Source: Planctomycetota bacterium
Lineage (GTDB): Bacteria; Planctomycetota; UBA8108
Length of the DNA stretch: 64,000 bases
Assembly: GCA_965659285.1 (NCBI GenBank)
Contig: CBFHWB010000002.1
Span: forward strand, 3,435-67,434
Direction: 5' to 3'
A model generated the notes under the pieces. It saw nothing but the letters and a program-made list of their open reading frames with translations, was not told the origin of the DNA and searched no databases. This document shows, piece after piece, positions 61,364 through 64,000 of the stretch (position 1 is its first letter; every line of letters begins with the position of its first letter). The translations under genes and the position numbers were made by a program.

Positions 61364-62700
61364 GGCGTTCCTCCCTCGCTGAGGCCGGGAGGAATCTTTT
61401 TGCCATGCGGATCGGTCTCGGGATTGTCGAGGAGCGCCTCCAGCTCCCGCAATGTTTCAGAGTCGAGAAAGTGTTCTATCTCCTCGGCTCCAGCGTGCAC
61501 ATGGTCCGGGGCCAGCGAGGCCTCCCGCTGCAGGAAGATCTCCCACAGCCGGTGTCCACGCATCAGCGCGCGCGCGCGCTCCTGTCCCGCCGAGTTGAGG
61601 ACCAGGAGATCCTTCTCGAAACGCCCCCAGTTGGAGCCGTTCATGCGCCGGGCGAGGATCCTGGTGGCCGAGGGCTCTTCGCCTCGCTCCCTGGCAAGCT
61701 CACCGATCGGTATCGCGGCCAGCTCGCCGCCGCGTTCGCCGATCCGCCAGGCCGAGGTCAGCAGGTTTTCCCGCAGCGTCTTCAACTCGAGTCTCTTTTG
61801 CAGAAGATAGCGGCCGAGGACTCCATGATGGGGCGAGGCCAGGAATGCTGTCATGAGCCAGAGAAAGGCAAGGCAGACGATCGCCGGGCCTACTCCAATC
61901 CCGAATACGAAATCCAGGTAGACCCCTCCGAATCCCGACAGCGCCCCAAGGAAGGCTGAGAGCGCGATCATGCGTCCCAGGCGATCGGTCAGGAGATAGG
62001 CTGTCGCGGGGGGGATCACCAGCAGGGCGGCGACGAGGATGACCCCGAGAATTTTCAGGCTGACGACGATCACGAGCGTCAAGAGCAGCAGGAGCAGGCC
62101 ATCAAAGAGCCGCGGAGAGAGACCGATGGAGACCGTGAAAGACGGATCGAAGATCGACGCGGTAAGTTCCTTGAAAAACAGGCACAGCAGGGCGAGGACG
62201 ACCACGGCGGCTGAGACGAGGAAGACCAGGTCGACGGTCTGGATGATCGCAGGATTGCCGAAGAGATAGTGGTTCAGCCCCGAGGACTGGCTGCTCAGCT
62301 CAGGGCCGGCCCGGGTGATCCAGCTCAGCAGCCAGATGCCGATGGCGTAGAACAGGCTGAGGGTGATGCCGAGGCTTGCATCGTCCTTGATCGGCGAATA
62401 AGAGGTGATGGCCCGGGTCAGAGCGGCGGCGAGCAAGCCGGCCGCCAGGGAGCCCAGCAGGAGAGCCGGCGTGCTTTTACTGCCAGCCAGGATGAAGCCA
62501 ACAGCGACTCCCGGCAGCACCGCGTGGCCCAGCATGTCCGCGAAGAGCGCCATGCGCCGCAGTATGATGAAGCTGCCCAGTGCCCCGCAGGTCAGTCCCG
62601 CGAGGCAGGCGCCGAGGATGGCGCTGATGGTCGCCTGGGCGGCGTCGCCCCGGCCGAGCAGGCTCGAGAAAAATTCCCCGGTGAGTTCCGCGAAGCTCAT
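61360..62700 (-). CDS. second metal ABC transporter permease (ABC-3 family), also with C-terminal DtxR-like module
   Basis: ABC-3 permease core. C-terminal ...RGHRLWEIFLQREASLAPDHVHAGAEEIEHFLDSETLRELEALLDNPETDPHGKKIP is homologous to the DtxR metal-binding domain and is preceded by an HTH-like segment. ATGA overlaps on both sides. Confidence 0.8.
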   Translation of the reverse strand: MSFAELTGEFFSSLLGRGDAAQATISAILGACLAGLTCGALGSFIILRRMALFADMLGHAVLPGVAVGFILAGSKSTPALLLGSLAAGLLAAALTRAITSYSPIKDDASLGITLSLFYAIGIWLLSWITRAGPELSSQSSGLNHYLFGNPAIIQTVDLVFLVSAAVVVLALLCLFFKELTASIFDPSFTVSIGLSPRLFDGLLLLLLTLVIVVSLKILGVILVAALLVIPPATAYLLTDRLGRMIALSAFLGALSGFGGVYLDFVFGIGVGPAIVCLAFLWLMTAFLASPHHGVLGRYLLQKRLELKTLRENLLTSAWRIGERGGELAAIPIGELARERGEEPSATRILARRMNGSNWGRFEKDLLVLNSAGQERARALMRGHRLWEIFLQREASLAPDHVHAGAEEIEHFLDSETLRELEALLDNPETDPHGKKIPPGLSEGGTP

Positions 62701-63467
62701 TTCTTGCCGCTCTTTGACTGGCGGATGGCTTCGCCCGCCTGCGAGAGGACGGTGAGGTGTCCCCCGTAGGTCTTGCGCAGCAGCTCCTCGGTAAAGACCT
62801 CTTCGGTCGGACCGAAGGCGACCATGCGCCGGTTCAGCAGCAACAGGTGGTCGAAATATTCAGAGGCTGTCTGCAGATCGTGATGAACGACCAGGAGCGT
62901 TCCGCTCTCCGAGCGCATCTGCTCAAGCAGCTTGACGATGGTCTTTTCCGTGGTGGCATCGACCCCGGCGAAGGGTTCGTCCATGAGGTAGACCCGGCTC
63001 TCCTGGGCCAGCGCCCTGGCGAGGAAGATCCTCTGCTGTTGTCCTCCTGAGAGGTTGGCAATCTGACGGTCGGCGAAGGCCGTCATGCCGACCTGCTCCA
63101 GGGCCTCGTCGGCGATCTTCCGGTCCTCCGCCCCGGGCCGGCGAAGAAGGCCGAGATGGCCGTATCTTCCCATCAGCACCAGGTCGCGGACCGTGATCGG
63201 GAAGTCCCAGTCGATCTCCTCCCGCTGGGGAATGTAGCCGACCGTTTCGCGCTGCTGTTCAATCGGGTCGCCGTAGATCTTGACCCATCCTGAGGAGAGA
63301 TCGAGGAGCCCCATGCAGGCCTTGAGCAGGGTTGATTTCCCCGCGCCGTTGGGGCCGATGATTCCAACGAGGGCTCCTTCGGGAATCTCCACATCGATGT
63401 TCCAGAGGACGGGCTTCTGGTCGTAGGAGACCGTCAGGTCATGGATCTCAATCGGCGGCGCGGTCAT
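62697..63467 (-). CDS. metal ABC transporter ATP-binding protein
   Basis: Walker A (GPNGAGKST), ABC signature (LSGGQQQR), Walker B (VYLMDEP) and H-loop. Confidence 0.9.
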   Translation of the reverse strand: MTAPPIEIHDLTVSYDQKPVLWNIDVEIPEGALVGIIGPNGAGKSTLLKACMGLLDLSSGWVKIYGDPIEQQRETVGYIPQREEIDWDFPITVRDLVLMGRYGHLGLLRRPGAEDRKIADEALEQVGMTAFADRQIANLSGGQQQRIFLARALAQESRVYLMDEPFAGVDATTEKTIVKLLEQMRSESGTLLVVHHDLQTASEYFDHLLLLNRRMVAFGPTEEVFTEELLRKTYGGHLTVLSQAGEAIRQSKSGKK

Positions 63468-64000
63468 TTACTGTTACCGCTTTTTTCGCCAAGGGCGTTC
63501 ACGATCGTCTCGAGGTTGAACCGGAACATGCCGAGAAAGGACTCCGCGGGTGAGCCGGGTTCGCCGAGAGCGTCGCTGTAGAGCTCGTGCTCGTAGATTT
63601 TACAGCCGGCCTCCTCGGCGACCTTCTCCACGGCGTCGCGAGGTACCGAGGTCTCGGCGAAGATGATGGAGATGTCGTTCTCCCTGATGTACTTGACCGC
63701 CGCCCGGATGTTCTGGAGCCCGGGCTTGGTCTCTGTGCTGATGCCCTGCAGCCCTTTGACCTCGAATCCGTAGGCGCGGGCGAAATAATTGTAAGCATCG
63801 TGGCTGGTGACGACCTTGCGCTTGCGGGGAGGAAGCTGGGCTGTTTTTTCAAGCGCCCAGCCGTGGGTCTCCTCGATCTCCGCGAGATATGCCCGCGTCG
63901 CCGATGCGTGGCTCTCCGCGTTCTCCGGGTCGGCCTTCTCCAGTGCTTTTCCGGCCGTGGCCGCCGCGGTTTTCCAGAGCTGGAGATCGAACCAGAGATG
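63464..64000 (-). CDS. metal ABC transporter substrate-binding protein (TroA/ZnuA cluster-9 type), N-terminus beyond window
   Basis: Minus-strand frame translating ...ESFLGMFRFNLETIVNALGEKSGNSK* with the TGA overlapping the ATPase ATG (ATGA). The ORF continues open to the window end. It is not listed in the six-frame track in this frame. Confidence 0.65.
   Translation of the reverse strand, partial: HLWFDLQLWKTAAATAGKALEKADPENAESHASATRAYLAEIEETHGWALEKTAQLPPRKRKVVTSHDAYNYFARAYGFEVKGLQGISTETKPGLQNIRAAVKYIRENDISIIFAETSVPRDAVEKVAEEAGCKIYEHELYSDALGEPGSPAESFLGMFRFNLETIVNALGEKSGNSK

Overview
GC-rich bacterial chromosome segment, densely coding on both strands. I found no rRNA, tRNA, CRISPR array, transposase or integrase. 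Several markers suggest a member of the Planctomycetota/Verrucomicrobiota/Chlamydiota (PVC) superphylum: a DUF1501 plus DUF1549/DUF1553 gene pair; a large discoidin / dehydrogenase-like propeller / HEAT / cytochrome c protein; dockerin-like C-terminal modules; and a chlamydial ytg-like metal ABC operon. Main content, in order along the window. (1) A minus-strand five-gene operon at 2992-8805: Eat-like permease, glutamine-synthetase-family ligase, gamma-glutamyl hydrolase, SDR and aldehyde dehydrogenase. I read it as a gamma-glutamylation catabolic route for an amino alcohol, probably ethanolamine. (2) A small secreted ORF at 9019 whose TGA stop is in frame with, and directly abuts, a downstream 126-codon ORF. 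Read-through gives a signal-peptide protein with a C-x-x-U motif, so this is a candidate selenoprotein. (3) A secreted protein with four CBM20-like repeats and a dockerin-like tail. (4) Housekeeping genes: purH, a DEAD-box helicase, ribBA, bamA, ispG and xylulokinase. (5) A hopanoid locus at 30613-38633: shc, hpnG and an hpnN-type RND exporter, with uncharacterised lipoprotein and periplasmic genes embedded. (6) At the 3' end, a substrate-binding protein / ATPase / permease / permease metal ABC operon in which both permeases carry a complete DtxR-like repressor module at the C-terminus, a doubled version of the chlamydial YtgC-YtgR fusion. Many long antisense ORFs in the six-frame track are GC-driven shadow ORFs and were ignored. 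Coordinates come from the supplied ORF track, with internal starts chosen by arithmetic from signal peptides, RBS and family-typical N-termini.
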